The position numbers and the translations under genes are program-made. 64,000 nt of DNA from Macrostomum lignano (lineage: Eukaryota), in assembly GCA_002269645.1 (NCBI GenBank), contig NIVC01000004.1, positions 62,001 through 126,000 on the forward strand, written 5' to 3'. The notes beneath the pieces are model-generated. The model did not search any database, was not told the DNA's origin, and was given only the letters and a program-made list of their open reading frames with translations. Shown piece after piece: positions 42,896 through 56,952 of the stretch. The first letter of the stretch is position 1; the number at the start of each line of letters is the position of its first letter.

Positions 42896-43611
42896 ATCCA
42901 CAGGTCCCTGTACTCTCACCCTTTTCCATCTCTTTATTTCATCTGATCTCTCATATCGGACCTGTCACCCATCCCATTCCCCACATCCCTTCCCCCTTCT
43001 GTCCGTCAGGCATCGCCACTTCTATCCCCAAGGAAACTGGACCGCTTGCATCTCGCGGAAGTCCTTCAAAATCGGCACTAGAAGCCATCCGAGCCCCCGG
43101 CCGCCGCAACAACAAATACAGATCGAACTCGGCCGGGCTTCCGGTCCGCCCGACTCGAACTCAGGGACCTGAGAATGAAAGAAGAAATTAGGCCCTGACT
43201 GACAGGGGGGCGCAGCGGTGCTGAAATGCGATTTGAGCTGGGAGAAAAAGATGGAGACTGTGGGGAGCTGTAACTGGGGCCCCGGCGACTCCCACGGGGG
43301 CCGATAACGAGCGGCATTGTGGATGAGGCGTGCCGCCTTCCTTGGCAACCGCGGCTCTGCACAGCCAGCCTTCTTCATCCTATCTGCTTCATTCCTCGAA
43401 TTCGCCTTGGGGAAAACTGCGCTAGGAAAGTCTTTAAAAATCTCCCATCCTCTTATCTCACTCTTTGAGTCCCAGCAGGAATGATCAAATTTATCCCGGC
43501 CGTGAAATTGCGTTACTGGGGGCGGGGGAGCGGACAGGCGGCCGAGGCTTCCGGCCAACCCAGCTTCACTGATCGACAGCTCGGGGCAGAGGGCGGGCGC
43601 GGGAGATTGGG

Positions 43612-46600
43612 AGACTGTCCGAGTCTATTGTGACTGTCTGTGTCTATTGTGACTGTCCGTGTCTATTGTGACTGTCCGTGTCTATTGTGACTGTCCGTGT
43701 CTATTGTGACTGTCCGTGTCTATTGTGACTGTCCGTATCTATTGTGACTGTCCATGTCTAATGTGACTGTCCGTGTCTATTGTGGCTGTCCGTATCTATT
43801 GTGACTGTCCATGTCTAATGAGACTGTCCGTGTCTATTGTGACTGTCCGTATCTATTGTGACTGTCCATGTCTAATGTGACTGTCCGTGTCTATTGTGGC
43901 TGTCCGTATCTATTGTGACTGTCCATGTCTAATGTGACTCTCCGTGTCTATTGTGACTGTCCGTGTCTATTGTGACTGTCCGTGTCTATTGTGACTGTCC
44001 GTGTCTATTGTGACTGTCCGTGTCTATTGTGACTGTCCGTGTCTATTGTGACTGTCCGTGTCTATTGTGACTGTCCGTGTCTATTGTGACTGTCCGTGTC
44101 TAATGTGACTGTCCGTGTCTATTGTGACTGTCCGTGTCTATTGTGACTGCTCGTGTCTATTGTGACTATCCGTGTCTAGTGTGACTGTCCGTGTCTAATG
44201 AGACTGTCCGTGTCTATTAAGACTGTCCGTGTCTATTGTGACTGTCCGTGTCTATTGTGACTGTCCGTGTCTATTGTGACTGTCCGTGTCTATTGTGACT
44301 GTCCGTGTCTATTGTGACTGTTCGTGTCTATTGTGACTGTTCGTGTCTATTGTGACTGTCCGTGTCCATTGTGACTGTTCGTGTCTATTGTGACTGTTCG
44401 TGTCTAATGTGACTGTCCGTGTCTATTGTGACTGTCCGTGTCTATTGTGACTGTCCGTGTCTATTGTGACTGTTCGTGTCTATTGTGACTGTCCGTGTCT
44501 ATTGTGACTGTCCATGTCTATTGTGACTGTCCGTGTCTATTGTGACTGTCCGTGTCTATTGTGACTGTCCGTGTCTATTGTGACTGTCCGTGTCTATTGT
44601 GACTGTCCGTGTCTATTGTGACTGTCCGTGTCTATTGTGACTGTCCGTATCTATTGTGACTGTCCATGTCTAATGTGACTGTCCGTGTCTATTGTGGCTG
44701 TCCGTATCTATTGTGACTGTCCATGTCTAATGAGACTGTCCGTGTCTATTGTGACTGTCCGTATCTATTGTGACTGTCCATGTCTAATGTGACTGTCCGT
44801 GTCTATTGTGGCTGTCCGTATCTATTGTGACTGTCCATGTCTAATGTGACTCTCCGTGTCTATTGTGACTGTCCGTGTCTATTGTGACTGTCCGTGTCTA
44901 TTGTGACTGTCCGTGTCTATTGTGACTGTCCGTGTCTATTGTGACTGTCCGTGTCTATTGTGACTGTCCGTGTCTATTGTGACTGTCCGTGTCTATTGTG
45001 ACTGTCCGTGTCTATTGTGACTGTCCGTGTCTATTGTGACTGTCCGTGTCTATTGTGACTGTCCGTGTCTATTGTGACTGTCCGTGTCTAATGTGACTGT
45101 CCGTGTTATTGTGACTGTCCGTGTCTATTGTGACTGCTCGTGTCTATTGTGACTATCCGTGTCTAGTGTGACTGTCCGTGTCTAATGAGACTGTCCGTGT
45201 CTATTAAGACTGTCCGTGTCTATTGTGACTGTCCGTGTCTATTGTGACTGTCCGTGTCTATTGTGACTGTCCGTGTCTATTGTGACTGTCCGTGTCTATT
45301 GTGACTGTTCGTGTCTATTGTGACTGTTCGTGTCTATTGTGACTGTCCGTGTCCATTGTGACTGTTCGTGTCTATTGTGACTGTTCGTGTCTAATGTGAC
45401 TGTCCGTGTCTATTGTGACTGTCCGTGTCTATTGTGACTGTCCGTGTCTATTGTGACTGTTCGTGTCTATTGTGACTGTCCGTGTCTATTGTGACTGTCC
45501 ATGTCTATTGTGACTGTCCGTGTCTATTGTGACTGTCCGTGTCTATTGTGACTGTCCGTGTCTATTGTGACTGTCCGTGTCTATTGTGACTGTCCGTGTC
45601 TAATGTGACTGTCCGTGTCTATTGTGACTGTCCGTGTCTATTGTGACTGTCCGTGTCTATTGTGACTGTTCGTGTCTATTGTGACTGTCCGTGTCTATTG
45701 TGACTGTCCGTGTCTATTGTGACTGTCCGTGTCTATTGTGACTGTCCGTGTCTATTGTGACTGTCCGTGTCTATTGTGACTGTTCGTGTCTATTTTGAAT
45801 GTCCGTGTCTATTGTGACTGTCCGTATCTATTGTGACTGTCCGTGTCTATTGTGACTGTCAGTGTCTATTGTGAATATCCGTGTCTATTGTGACTGTCCG
45901 TGTCTATTGTGAATGTCCGTGTCTATTGTGAATGTCCGTGTCTATTGTGACTGTCCGTGTCTATTGTGACTGTCCGTGTCTATTGTGACTGTCCGTGTCT
46001 ATTGTGACTGTCCGTGTCTATTGTGACTGTCCGTGTCTATTGTGACTGTCCGTGTCTATTGTGACTGTCCGTGTCTATTGTGACTGTCCGTGTCTATTGT
46101 GACTGTTCGTGTCTATTGTGACTGTTTGTGTCTAATGTGACTTTCCGTGTCTATTGTGACTGTCCGTGTCTATTGTGACTGTCCGTGTCTATTGTGACTG
46201 TCCGTGTCTATTGTGACTGTCCGTGTCTATTGTGACTGTCCATGTCTATTGTGACTGTCCGTGTCTATTGTGACTGTCCGTGTCTATTGTGACTGTCCGT
46301 GTCTATTGTGACTGTCCGTGTCTATTGTGACTGTCCATGTCTATTGTGACTGTCCGTATCTATTGTGACTGTCTGTGTCTATTGTGACTGTCCGTGTCTA
46401 TTGTGACTGTCCGTATCTATTGTGACTGTCCGTGTCTATTGTGACTTTCCGTGTTTAAAGGACTGTCCGTGTCTAAAGGGACTGTCCGTGTCTATTGTGA
46501 CTGTCCGTGTCTATTGTGACTGTCCGTGTCTATTGTGACTGTCTGTGTCTATTGTGACTGTCTGTGTCTATTGTGACTGTCCGTGTCTATTGTGACTGTC

Positions 46601-47103
46601 CGTGTCTATTGTGAATGTCCGTGTCTATTGTGACTGTCCGTGTCTATTGTGACTGTCCGTGTCTATTGTGACTGTCCGTGTCTATTGTGACTGTCCGTGT
46701 CTATTGTGACTGTCTGTGTCTATTGTGACTGTCTGTGTCTATTGTGACTGTCTGTGTCTATTGTGACTGTCCGTGTCTATTGTGACTGTCCGTGTCTATT
46801 GTGAATGTCCGTGTCTATTGTGACTGTCCGTGTCTATTGTGACTGTCCGTGTCTATTGTGACTGTCCGTGTCTATTGTGACTGTCCGTGTCTATTGTGAC
46901 TGTCCATGTCTATTGTGACTATCCGTGTCTATTGTGACTCTCCGTGTCTATTGTGACTGTTCGTGTCTATTGTGACTGTCCGTGTCTATTGTGACTGTCC
47001 GTGTCTATTGTGACTGTCCATGTCTATTGTGACTGTCCGTGTCTATTGTGACTGTCCGTGTCTATTGTGACTGTCCGTGTCTATTGTGACTGTCCGTGTC
47101 TAT
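43612..47103. repeat. 19-bp satellite (TATTGTGACTGTCCGTGTC), about 180 units, with a higher-order duplication
   Basis: Direct periodicity; the run of variant units at 43735-44560 recurs at 44646-45560. Confidence 0.98.
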
Positions 47104-47600
47104 CTTCGGGTTTCTATGCAGGCAGATGCCAGAAAAGATACTGAAGATGACTATAAGCAGCAGCAGGCAGAACTGCAGCCCGAACGGAGACACGTGAGGG
47201 ACAAAGAGAGACCCTGAATGCAAAATGGAGAAACTGGCGCTGCTGTGGGTGAGCGGGGGCCCAGCAGTGGAAAACTGCAAGAGGGAATGAAGAGGCTTGG
47301 ATGAGTCTGGGGAGATGCCGCTAATGTCCCACAGCCAGCCATCGTTCTGCCCTGTCTCTTCCCGTCCATTTTTTAGCTCTTCGACTCGAATCCTCAAAGC
47401 CTCGGAGACCGCAGGGCTGGTGCTGGGGGGCCCGGGGTGGCAGGAATCCCAACCTGCTTTACGGCCCCGCAGTGCCAATAAAACTGCCTGCCGGCTCTGA
47501 GCCCGCGTTCCCGCTGGCAGCCGCTCGGTTTGTCCCGCTTTTCCGGCTTAGTTTTGTTATAATGGAAGCCGGCTGAGTCGGGATCTCAATTAGAAACACA

Positions 47601-48003
47601 GTGTTCCTGTCTGCTAATGTCTGCTCAGATTGTGTTCCTGTCTGCTAATATCTGCTCAGATTGTGTTCCTGTCTGCTAATATCTGCTCAGATTGTGTTCC
47701 TGTCTGCTAATATCTGCTCAGATTGTGTTCCTGTCTGCTAATGTCTGCTCAGATTGTGTTCCTGCCTGCTAATGTCTGCTCAGATTGTGTTCCTGCCTGC
47801 TAATGTCTGCTCAGATTGTGTTCCTGCCTGCTAATGTCTGCTCAGATTGTGTTCCTGTCTGCTAATGTCTGCTCAGATTGTGTTCCTGTCTGCTAATATC
47901 TGCTCAGATTGTGTTCCTGTCTGCTAATGTCTGCTCAGATTGTGTTCCTGTCTGCTAATGTCTGCTCAGATTGTGTTCCTGCCTGCTAATGTCTGTTCAT
48001 ATT
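47601..48003. repeat. 31-bp minisatellite (GTGTTCCTGTCTGCTAATRTCTGCTCAGATT), about 13 units
   Basis: Direct periodicity. Confidence 0.96.
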
Positions 48004-48092
48004 ATGTTCCCTGTATGCTATGAAGCTACTGCTAGTAGCTAAGCAGTTATATTTAAAACAAAATTCAATTTTCTGAAGCGTACCGGTTGTGA

Positions 48093-50893
<2,801 letters not shown>

Positions 50894-51857
50894 TAGCTAC
50901 TTTAAGTAGGAAGAACGACTTTTGTTGGCGACTTGGCTGAATTGGCGGGACAAAATCCGCCCAGTTTGCCCGATGCTAAGCCGAACAAAGCCGCAGCAGG
51001 CCCAGTTCCAAAGTCTCCGAGCCTAGCGCAGAACAGAGTCTCGGCTCCATCATCTCCTACTCTCCGCCTCGAACTGGGGGGGGGGGGGGAACAGGTGCCG
51101 GCCCAGCAAAATCGACCCGGAAAAATTGAAGGGTGGGATTTTGATCCCGCAGTGCGAACAGCGCCATGCAGGGAGAGGCGGTGCTGGCGGGGCAGATGCG
51201 AGTCCGCTGTTCTCCAGTCCGGCCGGAGCTCCGGATCGATGGGCTGAGAGGCGCCGGCCGCATGTGGAAGCTGCAGCCCGCCCGAGCCTCCGATCCGGCA
51301 GAGCGGCGGGCACCCTGGCCGTTTCGATTGCTGCACCTGGGCGGCACAGCAGCCTGTTTGTAGCAGAAATTCAAGCCGGACAGGCCGCGAGTCAAACCCG
51401 CCGAGGCCTCGAGAAATTTGAGTTGGACTTTTATTGACAGCTCCCCGCCGCCGAGTGGCAACCCACCGGCCTGCTCAGTCAAGTCTCCCTGACTGCTCCG
51501 GAATGAAGCAACCCTAATGGCCCGCTTGATGGCTTTCGGCTCAACTTGCCAGCCGGCAATTCGGCACTCGAAATCCCGCACCACTTCAAGCTGGAGGGAC
51601 TCAGTGAGCTCAAATTGCTGTCACGGTCGGCGCCCTAATGGACTCTTTCACTGCCCCGAATACACCAAGCACCGCATTGGAGTTGAGGTCGAACTTTGTA
51701 AAAGAATCTTGATCGAATGAAAGAAACCATTTTTATATTTTCTAATAAAACGATAATTAATGACTGACAGCAACAATGAAAAATCACGAAACTGTTTACG
51801 AGTACAAATCTTAGCGGCTGTTCCTGAAGACTGTGCTTGCTATCTCACATGTGATAA

Positions 51858-52923
51858 CAGTCCAGCACACAGTCCAGCCCATAGTCCAGCCCACAGTCCA
51901 GCCCATAGTCCAGCCCAAAGTCCAGCCCACAGTCGCCCACAGTCCAGCCCACAGTCCAGCCCATTCCAGCACACAGTCCAGCCCACAGTCCAGCCCATAG
52001 TCCAGCCCATTCCAGCCCACAGTCCAGCCCACAGTCCAGCCCACAGTCCAGCCCACAGTCCAGCCCATAGTCCAGCCCATTCCAGCACACAGTCCAGCCC
52101 ACAGTCCAGCCCACAGTCCAGCCCACAGTCCAGCCCATAGTCCAACCCACAGTCCAGCCCACAGTCCAGCCCACAGTCCAGCCCATTCCAGCACACAGTC
52201 CAGCACACAGTCCAACCCACAGTCCAGCCCACAGTCCAGCCCATAGTCCAGCCCAAAGTCCAGCCCACAGTCGCCCACAGTCCAGCTCACAGTCCAGTCC
52301 ACAGTCCAGCCCATAGTCCAACCCACAGTCCAGCCCACAGTCCAGCCCACAGTCCAGCCCATTCCAGCACACAGTCCAGCACACAGTCCAACCCACAGTC
52401 CAGCCCACAGTCCAGCCCATAGTCCAGCCCAAAGTCCAGCCCACAGTCGCCCACAGTCCAGCCCACAGTCCAGCCCACAGTCCAGCCCACAGTCCAGCCC
52501 ATTCCAGCACACAGTCCAGCACACAGTCCAACCCACAGTCCAGCCCACAGTCCAGCCCATAGTCCAGCCCAAAGTCCAGCCCACAGTCGCCCAAAGTCCA
52601 GCCCACAGTCGCCCACAGTCCAGCCCACAGTCCAGCCCACAGTCCAGCCCATTCCAGCACACAGTCCAGCACACAGTCCAACCCATAGTCCAGCCCAAAG
52701 TCCAGCCCACAGTCGCCCAAAGTCCAGCCCACAGTCGCCCACAGTCCAGCCCACAGTCCAGCCCACAGTCCAACCCACAGTCCAGCCCATTCCAGCACAC
52801 AGTCCAGCCCATTCCAGCCCACAGTCCAGCCCACAGTCCAGCCCACAGTCCAGCCCACAGTCCAGCCCATTCCAGCACACAGTCCAGCCCACAGTCCAGC
52901 ACACAGTCCAGCCCACAGTCCAG
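51858..52923. repeat. 12-bp minisatellite (CAGTCCAGCCCA) starting about 20 bp past the LRR gene stop
   Basis: Direct periodicity. Confidence 0.96.
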
Positions 52924-52945
52924 TTCAGTTCATACAGCATCAGCC

Positions 52946-55588
52946 TCACAGAGCCACCACGCAGCGCCGCTGCAAAGAGCCGCCTGCCCGGCACTTCACC
53001 GCAAGGTCGCGTGCCTCGGACAGCGGGTTGGCATAGAAGGAGCCGCCCTCAGCGAAGTCATCGTTCAGTCCGCAGCTCCGCGGCCGAGCATAACGACGGC
53101 CGGCCGCCAGCCGCCTCCGCCTACGACGCCGCTGACTCCGAGGCCGCCCTGGGAGCGGCCGCTCCAGCTGGTGCCGATGCTGGTGGCAGCGCCGGCAGGC
53201 GGCGACGGCTACGGCTCCGGACAGCGTCAGCAGAAGGAGAGCCGCCGCCAAGGCAGCCGACGCCGCCGGGAGGTGGCGGGTCAGCGCCGCTGAGCAGACC
53301 GGCTGCGGCACCTCCGAAGCGGGGCGGCCCCGGAGCTCCGGCGGCCAGGCGCACAGCAATCTGCGCGCGGTGCCATTGATTTCAGAGGCGCCGGCGGCAG
53401 CAGGCGATGGCACAGCGGCCGCCTCCGCCTCCGCGTACATGCCGACCACTTCAACGCGGGTGCTGGAAGCCCAGCGGCGAAGGCCGCCGCCGCCGCAGTC
53501 GCAGCGCAGCGGACAGCCAAGAAGGTCCAGACGCCGCAGTAGCGGGAGGGCGGCCATCGCGCCGGCGTCCACAGTGGCGATGGTACAGCCGCGGCAGGTC
53601 AGGAGTTCGAGTCCGGGCGCACCAGAGAAGGCGCCGAGATTGAGCCGTACAATTGGGTTTCGGTCGAGCACCAGGTGACGCAAGCGGGGCGGCAGCGCTG
53701 CCTGCGGGCCCGGCGCCGAGCGGATGTTGCAGGCGGCAAGTTCGAGCTCCTCGAGGACGACGAAGGCGCTGAAGAAGCTCCAGGCGTTGTTTCGCAGGTA
53801 GGGATAGATTTCGTGCCGGTTGAGCCGCAGCACCCGGAGCGTCGGGGCCAGGCGGTCCAGAATCCCTTTAAACAGGGCGAGGGTTCGCGCCTCCATGGGG
53901 TTGTCGCTGAGGTCCAGCAGCGTGAGCCGGGCGGCCCGCTGGAAGGCGGCATTGTCCACCGTGCTGATGCCATTGGCGGCCGCGTGCAGGCGGACCAGAC
54001 GGGGCGCCGCGTAGTCGGAGAGAATCTGCAGGCGGTTGCCGGACACGTCGAGCTCCTCGAGCGCAGCGGCGGCGAGGTCGATGGGGTCGATCTGGGGGAA
54101 GCCGTTGTGGCTGAGGTTGAGGTGGCGGAGGCGCGGGCAGGGCGCGGCCAGGCGCGGCGGCAGGCGGCGGACGCGGTTGCGGCTGAGGTCCAAACGGGTG
54201 AGGCGGCCGCACAGGCCTAGCACGGCCGGCAGGTTGTCCACGCGCAGGCGGTTGCCGGCCAGGCGCAGATCCGACACGGCGGAGGCGTTGGCGTCGGCGG
54301 CAGAGAGCCGAAAGTCGGTCAGGAAGTTGTCGGACAGGTCGAGCCGTCGCAGGCCTGGCGAGAAGTGGCGGCCGGCAGCCAGCAGGTCGGGCAGGTCGAC
54401 AGCTACGGCCGCAAGAGAGTTGCCGGTCAGTCGCAGGCTGCGAAGGCCGCCGGGGAGACGAAGGAGATCGGCGCGGGTGAGACGTGTCAGCCGGTTGGCC
54501 GAGAGGTCAAGTCGGGTCAAGCGGGGCAGCTCGGCGGCCAAGTCCGGCAGGTGGTTCAACCGGTTGTCGGACAGGTCGAGCGACTCGAGAGAGCCGGCCA
54601 GAGTGGCGAGCGCGCCCGGCTCGATCACGGCCAGGCGGTTGCCGGACAGGTCAAGGCGCCGCAGGTGGAGGCGGCGATTTTGCCCGGGGCCGGAGAAGTG
54701 GAACACAAAAGCGGGCAGACGGGCGAGGCCGAGGCGGCGCAGGCGGAGGCCGTCCAGGCGACCCTGGCAGAGGCCGTCGCCGGGACCGCCGGCCAGCGCG
54801 GCCAGCAGCGGCTTGAGGCCACCAGCGCCGGTCGGGGCGGTGAAACCCAAGCCTGGCGTGCCGGAGAGGTCGAGCAGGCGGCCGGGACAGATCGGGAAGC
54901 GAAAACCGGGCGGCACGGCGGCCAGCGGGTTATCGGACAGGTCAAGAAGCAGCCGCTGAGAAGTCGCCAAGGATCCGGCTGGCGAATCCAAGCCGATGTC
55001 GTCCATTTCATTGTCTGACCATCGCTGTCGACGAAGGAGCCTCGGCGGCATCGGCGGGGACTGCAGTGCCTGGATGCGGTTGTTGGCCAGGCGGACCTCC
55101 ACCAGGCGCGGCAGGCGGTGCAGCCGGGCGGCCGCCAACTGAGTCAGCCGGTTGCCGGTCAGATCGAGGACCCGAAGATCGGGCGGCAATCGGGCCGTCG
55201 GTGGCAGCTGGCCGAGCTGGTTGAAGGCCAAGCGAAGCTCCCGCAGCCGCGGCAGTCGGGCCAGCAAGCGGCCGTCCAGCCAGTCGATGCGGTTGCCAGC
55301 GGCGGAGAGCCGGCGCAGTCCGGGCGCCGCCTCGGCCAGCTCCGGCGGCAGGTCCGCGAGCCCGTTGAAGTCGAGGTCGAGGCCAACGGTGTCAAGCGGC
55401 AGGTCGGTGCGGCGGGTTGGCGCCGCTGTGAGGCCGCGCCGGCTGCAGTCGACGCTGGCGCCATCGGGCCCCGCTGAAGCCGGCTCGCAGTGGCAGCGGT
55501 GCGGGCAGCGCATCGCCTCGGGCTTGGCGGGTTTGGCCACCAGCTGCTGCGGCAGCACCGTCAGCAGCAGGAGCAACAGCAGAGACAT
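52946..55588 (-). CDS. Single-pass LRR transmembrane receptor (880 aa): signal peptide, LRRNT, about 20+ LRRs, LRRCT, TM, short basic tail, no TIR
   Basis: MSLLLLLLLTVLPQQLVA; CPHRCHC..VDCSRRGL; repeated LxxLxLxxN; PLRCDC..W..LCAWPPELRGRP..C; TM AALAAALLLLTLSGAVAVAAC; the ORF track's upstream 211 codons start at TTG and look like UTR. Confidence 0.9.
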   Translation of the reverse strand: MSLLLLLLLTVLPQQLVAKPAKPEAMRCPHRCHCEPASAGPDGASVDCSRRGLTAAPTRRTDLPLDTVGLDLDFNGLADLPPELAEAAPGLRRLSAAGNRIDWLDGRLLARLPRLRELRLAFNQLGQLPPTARLPPDLRVLDLTGNRLTQLAAARLHRLPRLVEVRLANNRIQALQSPPMPPRLLRRQRWSDNEMDDIGLDSPAGSLATSQRLLLDLSDNPLAAVPPGFRFPICPGRLLDLSGTPGLGFTAPTGAGGLKPLLAALAGGPGDGLCQGRLDGLRLRRLGLARLPAFVFHFSGPGQNRRLHLRRLDLSGNRLAVIEPGALATLAGSLESLDLSDNRLNHLPDLAAELPRLTRLDLSANRLTRLTRADLLRLPGGLRSLRLTGNSLAAVAVDLPDLLAAGRHFSPGLRRLDLSDNFLTDFRLSAADANASAVSDLRLAGNRLRVDNLPAVLGLCGRLTRLDLSRNRVRRLPPRLAAPCPRLRHLNLSHNGFPQIDPIDLAAAALEELDVSGNRLQILSDYAAPRLVRLHAAANGISTVDNAAFQRAARLTLLDLSDNPMEARTLALFKGILDRLAPTLRVLRLNRHEIYPYLRNNAWSFFSAFVVLEELELAACNIRSAPGPQAALPPRLRHLVLDRNPIVRLNLGAFSGAPGLELLTCRGCTIATVDAGAMAALPLLRRLDLLGCPLRCDCGGGGLRRWASSTRVEVVGMYAEAEAAAVPSPAAAGASEINGTARRLLCAWPPELRGRPASEVPQPVCSAALTRHLPAASAALAAALLLLTLSGAVAVAACRRCHQHRHQLERPLPGRPRSQRRRRRRRLAAGRRYARPRSCGLNDDFAEGGSFYANPLSEARDLAVKCRAGGSLQRRCVVAL

Positions 55589-56379
55589 GCTGAGGAGCGT
55601 CGGTCCGGGAGTTCGCGCAGCCCGCCGTGGCAGGTGAGGGGCGGCAGAAGCGGCAGCATGGCGGTGGCCTGCTGCTTTATCGACAAGTTCAGCTAAAGCC
55701 GCCGCCCCGCCCGCCCCTCCGCCGTGCTCAGCCCGCGTGTTGGCTGAGTGTGAAATGCTGTTAATCCCGGCAGCAAAAGGAGATTGCGAGAGGCTGCGAG
55801 GAAATTGGCGGGAAGGGCGGTCGGAGACCAGGCAGTCCCAGTGGGCGCGGCCGAACTGATTGGGAAGAGAGGCCTGCGGGAGCCGGGCTGAGAGCGGGGA
55901 CTCAACGAGGGGAATCGAGAAAAGCAGATGCGAAGAGCTGCGCTCCCCATCCGCAACGCGCCTTCCCCTTCCCGCAATTGGTCCCACAGTTCCCAACGCC
56001 GAAGTTGGGCATGACTCAGTGTGGGATTGCATTTTCCCTGCGAGATTCCCCACTCCACGTGCCTGAGGCGGCAGCTGCTGGGGGAATTCCCAGCATTGAA
56101 GAAGCGAAGAGCAATTGTGTAGAGGAGCAGGTGCGGAACGAAGGCAGTTGAGAAACAATGCAAATAAAAAGCTGGGGGTGTGAAGTTTCTCTGCTGTAAC
56201 AGAAAACCGAACCAACTGCAAAGGAGTGAATGCTCATTCGCTGGGAGCTCAACACTAAATTGGGGTCTTGGCTGAGAAATGCAAAATTCACTGCAGCAGA
56301 CATGAAACACCTGACATCGGCTTCCACTTAGACTCTCGCTAGGAACTCCTGGAAGCTGCAGACAAGCCAGGTAAACTAG

Positions 56380-56569
56380 GAGTTCCAGGTAAAGCCCAGG
56401 TGTGCTGACAGGGAACGGAGTTCCAGGTAAAGCCCCAGGTGTGCTAGCAAGGAACAGGAGTCCCAGTGAAGCCCCAGGTGTGCTAGCAGGGAACGGAGTT
56501 CCAGGTGAAGCCCCAGGTGTGCTGGCAGAGAACAGGAGTTCCAGGTGAAGCCCCAGGTGTGCTGGCACT
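56380..56569. repeat. About 39-bp tandem repeat, about 5 units (GGAGTTCCAGGTGAAGCCCCAGGTGTGCT..)
   Basis: Direct periodicity. Confidence 0.9.
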
Positions 56570-56952
56570 ATCTACTTTGCAAATGACAACAGACGCGCAA
56601 ATCAAGATAATTAGGATTCGAAGAGCAGCACAAGTTGAAGCAAAGCACTTATTTTCTATTTTTTTGTTTAAGTAATAAATTGCATGACAACATACATGTG
56701 AAAAAAATTGGAGCTAGTCGACACTAAGTGCACTGCAGTAGGCATTTTATTATATTACAAAACCCTCCTTTGCTAAATAATAGGAACTAAAATTAAGCCT
56801 TAATTTGCTAAGTTCTGTACACGGCTGAATCGCCAGCCCTAACCTACCTACCTAATTCTTCTCAGCAATCCTGAGCTACTGGCAGCAACTGCCTGCAATA
56901 TGGGAGCATAAAGGCAGCTCAAGTTGTCCCGGAAGCACGCGGAAGAACAGCC

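Noticed and set aside
41848-43191. 447-aa and 320-aa Pro/Cys-rich ORFs; likewise the ORFs at 35632-36191 and 51811-52994
   Set aside because: All derive from tandem repeats
55589-56221. 211-codon N-terminal extension of the LRR protein (also the 29-codon extension of lectin copy 3 and 7-codon extension of the iGluR)
   Set aside because: They begin at TTG or GTG; a clear signal peptide follows the downstream ATG in each case
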